The notes beneath the pieces are model-generated. The model did not search any database and was not told the origin of the DNA. It saw only the letters and a program-made list of their open reading frames with translations. The position numbers and the translations under genes are program-made. A DNA stretch of 64,000 bases, from the sequence record NZ_CP037472.2, one strand, 5' to 3'. This DNA comes from a plasmid. Shown here piece after piece: positions 30,890 to 41,803 of this stretch. Every line of letters begins with the position of its first letter. Position 1 is the first letter of the stretch.

Positions 30890-31708
30890 ATGCGAGATCA
30901 CGTAAAGGCAGCAGATGAAATATTGGATAGAGAATATAAGGTCTTAGATAAAGGTTTTTTAAGACTTATTGATTATATGGGCAGTGATGAGCGAATAGTG
31001 AACTCAGCTAGAGTTTCTTATAGAGATTCTAAGGGAAAGCGGGATAGTGCTGGTCTTATTGATTATTTAATAAGAAATGAACATACAAGTCCACTAGAAC
31101 AAGTAGTTTTTGCTTTTCATATAAAAGCACCAATATTTGTGGCAAGGCAGTGGATGAGGCATAGAACATCAAGGATTAATGAAGTTTCAGGGCGTTATAG
31201 TTTAATGAAGGAAGAATTTTATGTACCTTGTAAGTCTGATATTAAGAAGCAAAGTAGATTTAATAAACAAGGTCGCTCAGATGAGGATGTTGATGTTGAT
31301 GTTGCTGAGTCCTTTTTAAATGGGTTGGATGAGGTTTATAAGAATTCTTATCAAATTTATAATGATATGATAAATGATGATGTTTCAAGGGAACTTGCAA
31401 GGATCACTTTGCCTTTAAGTTTATACACTGAATGGTACTGGCAAATTGATCTTAACAATTTATTTCATTTTGTTAAACTAAGAGCATCAGGTCATGCACA
31501 AAAAGAGATCAGAGAGTATGCTAATATTATATTAAACATTGTTGAATTGGTAGTGCCATTGGCAACTGCTAGTTTTAGAAGGCATATTTTGGGGGGAGTT
31601 ATGCTTTCAAGTGAAGAGGTGTGTGAGATTCGAAAGGTATTAGATTTAACAAAACTGAATTTATCAGATAAGAGCTTAAATCGATTAAAAGAAAAACTTA
31701 GTTTATAA
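30890..31708 (+). CDS. thyX: Flavin-dependent thymidylate synthase ThyX
   Basis: ThyX signature RHRTSRINEVSGRYS (RHR...S...R motif); 272 aa. Confidence 0.9.
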   Translation: MRDHVKAADEILDREYKVLDKGFLRLIDYMGSDERIVNSARVSYRDSKGKRDSAGLIDYLIRNEHTSPLEQVVFAFHIKAPIFVARQWMRHRTSRINEVSGRYSLMKEEFYVPCKSDIKKQSRFNKQGRSDEDVDVDVAESFLNGLDEVYKNSYQIYNDMINDDVSRELARITLPLSLYTEWYWQIDLNNLFHFVKLRASGHAQKEIREYANIILNIVELVVPLATASFRRHILGGVMLSSEEVCEIRKVLDLTKLNLSDKSLNRLKEKLSL

Positions 31709-31738
31709 TTTATTATAAATTTTAAGAGGGATAGGTAT

Positions 31739-32110
31739 ATTTTAGTAGTTTATGCGTCAAAAACAGGGAATATAGAGCGTTTTATTTCAAAAGCAGGGAT
31801 TGGTAGTATTTTTAGAATAGTTACTGGTGATGAAATTGTAAATGAGTCTTATATATTGCTTACATATACAATTTCTTTTGGCAAGGTTCCTCCTGAGGTA
31901 GAGAAATTTTTAAAAAATAATTCAAAATTAATGGTGGGTGTTGCTGGGAGTGGAAATAGAAATTGGGGTGATTCTTTTTGCAATGCTGTTAATTTAATAC
32001 GAGACAAATATAATGTTAAAGAAATATTGAAGTTTGAACTCTCAGGAACCCAGCATGATGTTGATAATTTTATAGGAAGGATTGAGAATGAAACATTTGG
32101 AATTGAATAA
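31739..32110 (+). CDS. nrdI: Ribonucleotide reductase-associated flavodoxin NrdI; start codon uncertain (probably ATT or ATA)
   Basis: The frame is open from 31718. It encodes ILVVYASKTGNIERF (the NrdI FMN-binding SxTGNT motif) upstream of the annotated TTG at 31856. RBS AAGAGGG at 31724-31730 lies 8 nt before ATT at 31739. Sits between thyX and nrdE. Confidence 0.7.
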   Translation: MLVVYASKTGNIERFISKAGIGSIFRIVTGDEIVNESYILLTYTISFGKVPPEVEKFLKNNSKLMVGVAGSGNRNWGDSFCNAVNLIRDKYNVKEILKFELSGTQHDVDNFIGRIENETFGIE

Positions 32111-34163
32111 TGAGATTATGGTTTTAAAGGATGGATTTTATAGATTAGAAAAAGATCTCGAGGCTTTGAGTGTTTTTTTAGAAGATGTTGAGAGTAAGTC
32201 TTTAAAATTTGATAATCCAAATGAAAGAATGCATTATTTGATTGATAATAATTTATATGAGGATTTTTACAATAACTATTCTGAATCAGAGATACTTGAA
32301 ATATATGAGCTTGTTAGGGGTGAAAATTTTCAGTTTAAATCTTATATGAGTGCTTCAAAGTTTTATAAAGACTATGCGCTTAAAATGAATAATGGTAAAG
32401 TTTATTTGGAAAATTATGAGGATAGAATAATTGCAGTGAGTCTTTTTCTTGCTAATGGATGTTTTGATTTTGCTAAGCAGTTTGCCTTGGAAATGATAAA
32501 ACAGCGGTATCAACCAGCAACGCCTACATTTTTGAATGCTGGCAAAAGGGTAAGGGGTGAGCTTGTATCATGTTTCTTATTAGAGGTAGGAGATTCTTTA
32601 AATAGTATTACTTTTAATATCTCATCAGCTATGCAGCTTTCAAAGATTGGTGGAGGAGTAGCTTTAAATCTTTCAAATATTAGAGCCAGAGGTGAGGAGA
32701 TACGGGGTATTTGTAATATTGCAAAAGGCATTATTCCTGTTATGAAGCTTTTAGAGGATGGATTTAATTATGCAGATCAAATGGGACAACGAAAGGGTGC
32801 AGGTGCTGTATATTTAAATATTTTTCATTATGATATAGAAGATTTTCTTGATACAAAAAAGATAAATGCTGATGAGAAAAGTCGTATTCAAACATTATCA
32901 TTAGGTGTAATAATTCCAGATAAATTTTTTGACATAGCAAAGCAAGGTCAAAATTTTTGCGCATTTGCGCCATATTCACTTTATAAGGCTACTGGTCGTT
33001 CGATGAATGAGATTGATTTTGATAAGGAATATGACTCTTTGGCAAGCAATCCTGATATTTTAAGAAAAGAGATTTCAGCTAGGGACATGTTGGTTCGCAT
33101 TGCTAGGTTACAGTTTGAATCTGGATATCCTTATATAATGTATTCAACATCATGTAATATGAATAATCCACTTAAAGGACTTGGGAACATTAAGATGTCT
33201 AATCTTTGTACAGAGATTTTTCAAATTCAAACACCATCAGTTATTGGTGATTATGGTGAGAGTGATCAAATTGGATATGATATCAGTTGTATTTTAGGTT
33301 CTTTAAACATTGTTAATGTTATTAACCGTGAGTTTGAGTATACAATAGATATTGCTATGAGGGCATTAACAGCTGTTGTTGAAATGACATATATTAAAAA
33401 TGCACCAAGTGTTCAAAAAGCAAATTCAGATTATCATTCTGTTGGTCTTGGTGTTATGAATTTGCATGGGTTTTTGATTAAGAATAAGATTCCTTATGAG
33501 AGTAATGAGGCTTTGGATTTTGTTCGTACTTTTTTTATGATGTTAAATTTTTATTCTCTAAGGAGTAGTATGAATATTGCAAGAACTAGGGGTAAAACTT
33601 TTAAGGATTTTGATAAGAGTGAATATTATAATGGTAATTATTTTGATATGTATCTTAATGAAGATTTTTCTCCTCGTACAGAGGTGGTGAAGAAGATATT
33701 TCAAGATTTGAAGATTCCTGATAAGAGTGATTGGATAAAGCTTAAAGAGGAAGTTCAAATGCATGGACTTTATCATTCTTATCGTTTAGCTGTAGCACCA
33801 ACACAAAGTATATCTTATATTCAAAATGCAACAACATCTATTATGCCTATTGTTGAACCTGTTGAGGCTAGAGTTTATGGCAATTCTATAACATATTACC
33901 CAATGCCTTTTCTTAGCAGAGAAAATGCTGTTTTTTTTAAGTCAGCTTATTATATGGATATGAGGAAGTTAATTGATTTAATCAGTGAAGCTCAAAGACA
34001 TGTTGATCAAGGTATTAGTACTCTTCTTTATGTGACAAACGAGACTAGTACCAGGGAACTTGTAAAGCTTTACATTTATGCAAAGAATAAGGGACTTAAA
34101 AGTTTATACTATACAAGAAATAAAAATTTATCGGTGTATGAGTGCATTCTTTGTGCAGTATAG
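32082..34163 (+). CDS. nrdE: Class Ib ribonucleotide reductase alpha subunit NrdE
   Basis: Near block-by-block match to class Ib/NrdE sequences as recalled: QPATPTFLNAGKRVRGELVSCFLL, GGGVALNLSNIRARGE, NLCTEIFQ, C-terminal CILCAV. Confidence 0.95.
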   Translation: MRMKHLELNNEIMVLKDGFYRLEKDLEALSVFLEDVESKSLKFDNPNERMHYLIDNNLYEDFYNNYSESEILEIYELVRGENFQFKSYMSASKFYKDYALKMNNGKVYLENYEDRIIAVSLFLANGCFDFAKQFALEMIKQRYQPATPTFLNAGKRVRGELVSCFLLEVGDSLNSITFNISSAMQLSKIGGGVALNLSNIRARGEEIRGICNIAKGIIPVMKLLEDGFNYADQMGQRKGAGAVYLNIFHYDIEDFLDTKKINADEKSRIQTLSLGVIIPDKFFDIAKQGQNFCAFAPYSLYKATGRSMNEIDFDKEYDSLASNPDILRKEISARDMLVRIARLQFESGYPYIMYSTSCNMNNPLKGLGNIKMSNLCTEIFQIQTPSVIGDYGESDQIGYDISCILGSLNIVNVINREFEYTIDIAMRALTAVVEMTYIKNAPSVQKANSDYHSVGLGVMNLHGFLIKNKIPYESNEALDFVRTFFMMLNFYSLRSSMNIARTRGKTFKDFDKSEYYNGNYFDMYLNEDFSPRTEVVKKIFQDLKIPDKSDWIKLKEEVQMHGLYHSYRLAVAPTQSISYIQNATTSIMPIVEPVEARVYGNSITYYPMPFLSRENAVFFKSAYYMDMRKLIDLISEAQRHVDQGISTLLYVTNETSTRELVKLYIYAKNKGLKSLYYTRNKNLSVYECILCAV

Positions 34164-34175
34164 GAGTAATTATTA

Positions 34176-35141
34176 ATGGGACTAATTAGAGAGGCTATAA
34201 ATTGGAATAGATTAAATAATGATTATACCAAGATGTTTTGGGATCAAAATATAAGACAATTTTGGGTAGATGAAGAGATCCCAATTTCTGATGATAAACT
34301 GGTTTGGCGAACCTTGTCTAGTGATGAACGAGATGTTTATGAAAAAGTTTTAGGTGGTCTTACTTTGTTAGATACAGAACAAGGTTCTGTTGGTATGCCA
34401 AGTATAGCTTTGGCAATAGATAATTTAAATTATAAGCCTATTCTTGGGTTTATGGGAGCTATGGAGCATATGCATGCTAAGAGTTATAGTAGCATATTCT
34501 CAAGTCTTTCAAACATAGATAGAATAGATCATATATTTAGTTGGGTGAGGAGTTATAAAAATTTGCAAGATAAGTTAAACTTAATTTTAAGTAAGTATAA
34601 CAGCATAAATGATAGAATGAGTTTATATCAAGCTTTGTGCACTTCTGTATTTCTTGAAACGTTTTTGTTTTATTCTGGTTTTTTTTATCCTCTTTATCTT
34701 GCAGGTCAAGGTAAGATGGTTAATAGTGGTGAGATTATTAATTTAATAGTGCGTGATGAATCTGTACATGGAGTATTTGTTGGTCTTTTAGCGCAAGAAG
34801 AGTTTAATAAGATGACTGATAAAGAACAAGTATTTGCGAAAAAAGAGTCCATGGTTATTTTGGATCGACTTTATGATTTGGAAAGAGAGTATACTAAAGA
34901 CTTATATTCATCTATTGGACTTGATGTGGCAGTTGATGTTTTTGTTCGTTATAATGCTGATAAGGCTTTGATGAATTTAGGTTTTGATCCTATATTTAAT
35001 ATTAAGGATGTTGATGTTAATTCTTTGGTTTTAAATGGCCTAAAGACTGATACTAAAACGCATGACTTTTTTTCTACCAAGGGTAATGGGTACATAAAAC
35101 CCATGAAGATTGAACCTTTGCAAGATGATGATTTTATATAA
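34176..35141 (+). CDS. nrdF: Class Ib ribonucleotide reductase beta subunit NrdF
   Basis: Di-iron ligand motifs (MEHMHAKSY, VRDESVHGVF); 321 aa; immediately downstream of nrdE. Confidence 0.9.
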   Translation: MGLIREAINWNRLNNDYTKMFWDQNIRQFWVDEEIPISDDKLVWRTLSSDERDVYEKVLGGLTLLDTEQGSVGMPSIALAIDNLNYKPILGFMGAMEHMHAKSYSSIFSSLSNIDRIDHIFSWVRSYKNLQDKLNLILSKYNSINDRMSLYQALCTSVFLETFLFYSGFFYPLYLAGQGKMVNSGEIINLIVRDESVHGVFVGLLAQEEFNKMTDKEQVFAKKESMVILDRLYDLEREYTKDLYSSIGLDVAVDVFVRYNADKALMNLGFDPIFNIKDVDVNSLVLNGLKTDTKTHDFFSTKGNGYIKPMKIEPLQDDDFI

Positions 35142-35382
35142 AAAGTTTATTAATTTTTTTCAATTTAATTTTAGGTGAAAGTGAGGTTGTAATGTGCCTT
35201 TTGGTTCGTTTTATTTTTATTAAAAAGATTAAAAAAATCAATTTAATTTATTTTTTATTAATAATAATTTTTAATTAAAGTGATTTATTAATATGATTTT
35301 AATGTATAATGTATTATATATAATATATACTGAACATTAACTAATGTTAGTAGTGTGTAGGCTTAAAAAAGGAGAATACTGT

Positions 35383-35538
35383 ATGAAAAAAGTAGGAATA
35401 ATACTCTGTGTATTTTTTGTAGCACTTATTGTGGCCATAGTATTTTATAATCGGAAAATATCAAGCATTAACATTGATGAACTAAGTCCTTCTTATGGTG
35501 TACTTATAACAACGGTAAGTACATATTTTTTGGTATAG
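35383..35538 (+). CDS. Small single-TM protein (hypothetical)
   Basis: ATG after AAAAAGGAGAA; hydrophobic helix VGIILCVFFVALIVAIVFY. Confidence 0.3.
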   Translation: MKKVGIILCVFFVALIVAIVFYNRKISSINIDELSPSYGVLITTVSTYFLV

Positions 35539-36065
35539 GGTTGTTAAATCAGTTGCTAAGTTGCAGAAGGACCATTATGAGTTTGATATTTTTTCAGAAA
35601 TTAGTAGAAAGGCTTAAAAGATTTGATTTTTCGTCAAATGCTTTTAAATACAAAGGTTGCTTAATTTATAAATAATATTAAAAAACCAATTTAATGTACT
35701 TAATTACATTAAGTGATATAAATTTAACCAGATAGCATTTTCGTTTTTGCGAGTGCTATCTTTGAATATGTAACTAATAGTATAAACAATGTTTATGTTT
35801 TTTTATATTAAGTTATTTTCACATATAAGTAGGTACTTTTGTCCTTTGATTTTTATTTTCTTATTTAGTTTTTATGATGATTAAAATCATGCTTGATAAT
35901 AGAGTATTTTTCAGGCATTGGTATTTTTTGAGGTGTTATAAAAAAACAATATTATAATAGTAGTTATTATTTAGTTTTAGATATGTTTAATATTCCTTTT
36001 TTGTGGTAGTAGGTTATTATATGATTGGGGGTATGTATCTGATTTAAGGCTAGGAGAATAAGTTT

Positions 36066-36782
36066 ATGCAAATTAGAGTTATATTTTATATTTTAGCCTT
36101 AATTATAATTTCTTGTGAATTAGAAAAGATCCAGAAAGTTATGTTTCTAACACAATTTGAAATGATATCAAGAGATGTGGTTTGTGATACTTTATCAGAT
36201 AAAGTATCTCAGTATAGAGAAGAATTTACTATTGAAGAAATTAAATTTAAAAAAACTGAAGCCAATAGTCGATTTAAGATTCCTTTCTTTAAAGTGTCAC
36301 CAGTCTTTGATGATGAGTATAAAAATGCACAGACCCAGCATTTATGCAATCCTTGGATATGATTTTGATGTTATTAAAAAATTAGAAAAGATATTTGATA
36401 GATTGAATTTACAATTTCCCCCTGCTAATAATGAAGATACTGCTATTGCCATTAAGTTATTGTCCCTTTTTAAAGATGCTACAGATTCAGTCAGAATAAT
36501 TTAAATGTGCATTTAAGTGAGTCACGCTTATCTAAAATTAAGAAATTCAAAGATAAAAGCGTTATTGAGAAAATTGATTCTCTTGTAAAAGATGTGCTGA
36601 TCATAAGACACAATGTGATCATAGAGTTAAAAATGCATATAGATAGGGTGTACAAAACATTGAATAATGATCTAAATCTTTTAGATAAGTTGAGTAATAT
36701 TTTTGATGAAAGTGGAAATATTAAACAATTTGTTAATTTTATGCTTGAGATAGAGAACCAGATTGAATTATTGGTTAAATAA
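36066..36782 (+). pseudogene. Family A paralog broken into three frames
   Basis: Signal-peptide ORF 36066-36362, core-motif ORF 36175-36504 (SIYAILGYDFDVIKKLEKIFDRLNLQF) and C-terminal ORF 36507-36782 lie in different frames. Confidence 0.55.
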
Positions 36783-37128
36783 TAATTTACTTAAGTGTAT
36801 TTATGGATCCAAATTAGATTTGGATTATTAATAAGTATATCTACAATTACTTAAACGTCTACGGTCAGGATCATTACTTATTTTCAAAAAATTAAGATTT
36901 ACTTATAACTTGCCTGAAGATAAATATAAAGACTTTTTGTCATTTTTAATAAAATTTTCTTAAAATATTTAAGAAATGATCAAAATTTAATTGAAATTTA
37001 TATTAGATTTATTTAGAATAATATTCTAAATATAATCGTTATTTTATAATTTTAATTATTAATATATTATACACTATGAAGTAGCATATACTATGCAGTG
37101 TGTAACTCTTTAAAAAAAGGAGAGATAC

Positions 37129-38118
37129 ATGAGAAAGTTTTATATAGTGTTTTGTGTGTTCAGTATATTTTTAAGCTTGTCCATGCTAGCTTGCAATAAG
37201 TCATTAGAAGAACGAGAGGACATTTATACATCAGAGAGTTTATCATTAGCTGATGAAGCAAAGCAAAGAAAAAATAACTTAGCGTCAGGTATTAACAAGG
37301 GATTAGTTGTTGTTCCATGTGTGGAGGATACATTTATAGCACATCTGGAAGAATTATCAGAGAGTGAAAAAATGGAAAAAGAAAAGGCTTATGCTGAGCT
37401 TGTAAGAGTCGTAACAAATTACAAGGCGCAACTTGTAGATGAATTACAGGTATTTGAAGCTGCGGTTGAAGCCACAAACAAGGAACTTGAAGAAGCTGAG
37501 GTTGAAGACATTACTGAGGACGAAAATAATGCTAAAGATCAGATAGATGTCAAAGAAATTATTTTAGAGCCATTAGCAAAGACTCATTTTCATGAGGTAT
37601 CGCAAGAGTTTAAAGATCAGGATTTAATCAATACTATTTATGCTTCTTTAGGATATGATGTTAAGGTTATTAATAAATTAGAAAAAATAATTGCATCACT
37701 TGATTTGGATGTTGCGTTGCAAGTGAATAATGAATTGGATAAGGAACTTCATGATGAATTATTAAATTTAAGTTATAATATGTTGTTTTGTTTAAGTTAT
37801 ATTACAAATTCGGCCATACTGATTGTAAATGATTATTTGGACGAAATGCGTTTATCTAGTCTTGAAAAAGTTAGTTTTACACAGAAGATTGTGGATCTTC
37901 ATAATCACATGGAGGAATTTATTCAAAATAGGGCTCAATTTATAGAAAAGATTAAAGATGTGATTTTAAATGTAAAGATAGGTAATAAACAAAGTATGTT
38001 GCCTGTCTTGAGAGATATTATGGATGATAAAGGGGAGATTGTGTCATCATCTAACTTTACACAGCGCAAGTCAGCTTTGATTCAATGTGAAGTTAATAGT
38101 TTACTTAAGATATTGTAA
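37129..38118 (+). CDS. Family A lipoprotein (LGYD core motif paralog)
   Basis: RBS AAAGGAGAG. Lipobox LSMLAC-N. Core IYASLGYDVKVINKLEKIIASLDL. Confidence 0.65.
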   Translation: MRKFYIVFCVFSIFLSLSMLACNKSLEEREDIYTSESLSLADEAKQRKNNLASGINKGLVVVPCVEDTFIAHLEELSESEKMEKEKAYAELVRVVTNYKAQLVDELQVFEAAVEATNKELEEAEVEDITEDENNAKDQIDVKEIILEPLAKTHFHEVSQEFKDQDLINTIYASLGYDVKVINKLEKIIASLDLDVALQVNNELDKELHDELLNLSYNMLFCLSYITNSAILIVNDYLDEMRLSSLEKVSFTQKIVDLHNHMEEFIQNRAQFIEKIKDVILNVKIGNKQSMLPVLRDIMDDKGEIVSSSNFTQRKSALIQCEVNSLLKIL

Positions 38119-38538
38119 AGGGTTCTTTACTTATAATTTTTTGTGAACTTTATTTATTGGCAATGGTTTTCAATCCAAAATTAATATTTGCTTAAATTGG
38201 GCATGATATTTTTGACAAATTTTTAAGAATCTATTTTTAGATTGTTGATGAACTTAAAAGGTTAAATATTAGAAGTAACTTCTAATGCCCTTTTAAGTTT
38301 TTTATTTAAGGTGATTCATGGGCTTGGAAGATTTTTAAAAATTTGAGTATAAATTTTATTAACTAAATTAAAAAAATATTGAAATTTATGTAACTTGAAT
38401 TACAATTCATAATTAAAATAATCTATAAATATGGTCATTATATTACAAAATTAATTATTTATAAGGCTCATTTATGTGTTAAGTGATATTTTATATAGAT
38501 TGTGTAATTTTTGATTTTAATTAAAGGAGAATGGAATC

Positions 38539-39480
38539 TTGAAGAGTTTGAATTATAATTTTATTTGTATAATTTTATTTGTTGTATTCATGATGGCTTG
38601 TGGCTATCCATTAAAATTGAGACCTGAGGGTTGTGAGAATAGTTTAAATAGACTAAAAAATAAAGAGGTACTTTCTGTAGATGTGACTAAAGCAAAAAAA
38701 GGACAAGTTGAAGTAGCACCTTCAGTTGTTGATATTGTAGGAAATATTGAAGATGAATCTTTAGTTTTTGATGTTGAGATTAAAGAACAAGTTGAGGACA
38801 TATCTTTATCTAGTGATGAGGTTAAATTAAGTTCAAGTCAGAAAGATGCTTTAATCAGTTTATTGGTAAATAGTTTAGATAATTACAAAAACCGGCTTAA
38901 GGAACAAAGTGATGCATTTAATAAAACAAATGCTTCAATGGAAGAAGAATTTGCAATTAAGCTTCCTTTACACAAAGTACAAACAGTAATTGATTCTGTA
39001 GCTACACAGGCCGTCATTTTTGAAACACTAGGATATTCAGAGACAACTTTAAAAAGATTGCAAAAAATATTAAATATATTAGATTTTGAAAATCTTATTT
39101 CTCGTGATGTAAGAGTTGCAAATAGTCTTATATTGTGTTTGGATAATGTTTTTTCTCTTACAAAAAAAGTTTTATATGATTATGTTAATGAATTAAATTT
39201 AGAGCAGATCGTGACTAATAATGGTGAGGATGGTATTAATGCTATTTGTAGGCGTATAGATCAATTTATGGAATTACGGGATCGATTTATAGAGCAAGCT
39301 AAAAATGATATAAATTTAGCTTTTAATAATGATGCACATATGCAAAGAAAAAAGATAACATATAAAGATGCTTTGTTAGATGTATTGGAAAGGGTGATTG
39401 GCCCAAATGGAACCCTTACTGAAGCACTTGCAGCGATGGAACAATGTGCAGATGAAATATATGCTTATTTGAGTCCTTAG
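38539..39480 (+). CDS. Family A lipoprotein paralog
   Basis: TTG start after AAAGGAGAATGG. Lipobox FMMAC-G. Core FETLGYSETTLKRLQKILNILDF. Confidence 0.6.
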   Translation: MKSLNYNFICIILFVVFMMACGYPLKLRPEGCENSLNRLKNKEVLSVDVTKAKKGQVEVAPSVVDIVGNIEDESLVFDVEIKEQVEDISLSSDEVKLSSSQKDALISLLVNSLDNYKNRLKEQSDAFNKTNASMEEEFAIKLPLHKVQTVIDSVATQAVIFETLGYSETTLKRLQKILNILDFENLISRDVRVANSLILCLDNVFSLTKKVLYDYVNELNLEQIVTNNGEDGINAICRRIDQFMELRDRFIEQAKNDINLAFNNDAHMQRKKITYKDALLDVLERVIGPNGTLTEALAAMEQCADEIYAYLSP

Positions 39481-40081
39481 CTGATTTAGTAGATTATTTA
39501 TTTTAAATAGTAAGATAAAGGCCTTAAAAACAAAGGCTTTTTATTATTTCAAGTGCTTTATAATAATAAATATAATTATATTTTTATAATGATTCTATAT
39601 TGTAAAGTTTTAGAAAAAGGATAATGTATGGGGTATTTTAATATATTGTTGTTTTTTTTATTATGTGTACTATTTATTTTGATCTGTTCGTTATTTATTG
39701 TGTTTTCAGTTTATTATTGTAATTTATTAATTTGGTATCATTTATGTTTTTGAATTTTTTTAAGAGATTAAGCCATATTATACAATTGACTGCACAATGA
39801 GTTAATCTAAATGATTAAATAAAAATTACTAGGAATAAAACAGAATAAATAAAATATTTTATTATTAATTTATAGTTATTTTGAGAAGAAAAATATTTTC
39901 TTGCAAATTTATTTTTCTTTATAACAAGGTAAAAAATATGATTTAATTATATAATTTTAATTATATTGAATTAATTAAAATTATATAATTAAATCAATAT
40001 AATATGCTATAATTAATTTAATATGTTTTGTTAGGTATGGATGGGATGTTTTAAAAATATCTTAAAAAAAGGAGAAATATT

Positions 40082-40678
40082 ATGGATGAAAAGTGTCGTG
40101 CTTTTAATGAACTTAGAAGAAAGTTAGTAGAATTCAGACAAGAGTTTGAAAGTCAACGTGCTATTTTTTTTCCCAAAGAAATGCAATTAAAAGTTCATTT
40201 TAAAGGGGCCTTGAGTGAAATTTATTATCCATCAGATTTAGAAGAAATTTATGGAGCATTAGGATATGATGTTGAAGTTATTAGTAGCTTGGGTAAGGTA
40301 TTTAAAAAATTGAATTTCAGATGTTTAAGCGATGGGGATACAAAAGTTGTTACTAATTTATTAAATGGATTAATGCGTGTTGCAAATTTAATTCAGACTC
40401 TTTTTTCAGATGTTTTAAATCAGATAAAATTGAATATGCTTAAGTCTAGAGATATAAATGACCTTAAAAAAATTAATTTACATTTAGTTCAGTTTATAGG
40501 CCATATAAAAGATTTGAAGCTTAAGATTAAGACTGGCATATTATCATCAGCATTAAAAAAGAATGCAGAGGGTATTGTAAAAGAATTAAAAGAAGGCATT
40601 CTTGTTAGCCATAAAGTTATGATCCGCAATATTCATGATCGTTTATTTGATATTGTGGAACTAGTGGAGCTTGCATGA
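40082..40678 (+). CDS. Family A paralog lacking a signal peptide (N-terminally truncated form)
   Basis: RBS AAAAGGAGAA. Core IYGALGYDVEVISSLGKVFKKLNF. No hydrophobic leader. Confidence 0.55.
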   Translation: MDEKCRAFNELRRKLVEFRQEFESQRAIFFPKEMQLKVHFKGALSEIYYPSDLEEIYGALGYDVEVISSLGKVFKKLNFRCLSDGDTKVVTNLLNGLMRVANLIQTLFSDVLNQIKLNMLKSRDINDLKKINLHLVQFIGHIKDLKLKIKTGILSSALKKNAEGIVKELKEGILVSHKVMIRNIHDRLFDIVELVELA

Positions 40679-40868
40679 TTGTTACTTAAAAGTGGTTTAG
40701 TTTTCTTACTTCTTTAGTGTAGAGGTTATAAGGAGGTTTGTGTTCTGATGAGGTGAATTATATCAATATTTATTATAATGGGAGATATTTTATATATTAA
40801 TATAAATACCATTATAATAATAAGTTAGTTTGGTATGTATTGGTAAATGAGCAAAAAGGGGAAATTGT

Positions 40869-41654
40869 ATGAAAGAGTTTGGTATGGTATTATTGACAAT
40901 TGGCTTTATGTTAGGGTGTAGATCATCTGTAAGAGGATACAATGTAAGCAATATTGACGTTCCTGAACCAAAAAAAACACTACTTCAACCAAAACCTAAA
41001 CTAGTTCCTCTTATTCAAAATCAAAGTTCAATAAGTAGTGCTTATGATGATTTAAGATCATTATTAGCTTATTTTAGAAAGCAACTTGAAGATGAATATA
41101 AGCATGATCCTATCACAATTTCTTTATTTATGGATTCTGTCAAATTTAGTCTTAATTCAAAATTATTAGTCTATAATTCGTTAAAAAGTGATAGAACACA
41201 TAATGTTTATATAGCATTAGGACATGATCTTGAGATTATTAAGGATTTAGTAAGCATACTTAGTACATTAAACTTGACAGCAAATGATGAGAATATAGAT
41301 GTAAGGATTGCTTCTCTTTTGTTATTCAATTTGGAGCAGATTGCATATCTTATTTTCTTGTTAAATTTTAGTTTGAGTAATGAAAATTTGAGAAAAATTA
41401 AGAATAGCAAAATAGTAACGGTAGATGATATTAATCAGATTACGGGTTTTCTGTTTTTGTTTATGAGAAAAAGAGATGATTTAATAAGAGATGTTGGTAC
41501 GGTTTTAAAGGAGGCATCAGTAGTTAGAGATGATAGACGGGCAATGGAGATGTATCTTAAGAAGATTGTTCAAGATGGAGAAATTAAGCGAAAAATTAGT
41601 GCTATGCGAGAATTAATACAAAGTATTGACAATTTAATTAGTAGCGTTATATAG
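40869..41654 (+). CDS. Family A lipoprotein paralog
   Basis: Lipobox FMLGC-R. Core VYIALGHDLEIIKDLVSILSTLNL. C-terminus DGEIKRKISAMRELIQSIDNLI. Confidence 0.6.
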   Translation: MKEFGMVLLTIGFMLGCRSSVRGYNVSNIDVPEPKKTLLQPKPKLVPLIQNQSSISSAYDDLRSLLAYFRKQLEDEYKHDPITISLFMDSVKFSLNSKLLVYNSLKSDRTHNVYIALGHDLEIIKDLVSILSTLNLTANDENIDVRIASLLLFNLEQIAYLIFLLNFSLSNENLRKIKNSKIVTVDDINQITGFLFLFMRKRDDLIRDVGTVLKEASVVRDDRRAMEMYLKKIVQDGEIKRKISAMRELIQSIDNLISSVI

Positions 41655-41803
41655 TCTTTATGCTTTACTTTTAAAAGTATTTGAGTAAATTTTAGGGGCT
41701 TTAAGTATTTGCAAATGTGAAGTTTTGTTTTAGATATTGTTGTATCTTAGTCTGTTGTTTCTTGAATATTATTTTTAGAATTGATTTATAAGGAAGAGAA
41801 TTT

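Noticed and set aside
39950-40030. AT-only imperfect inverted repeat upstream of the 40082 gene
   Set aside because: Pure A/T palindromes of this length occur by chance in 20% GC intergenic DNA. It may be a promoter or UP element, but there is no specific support.
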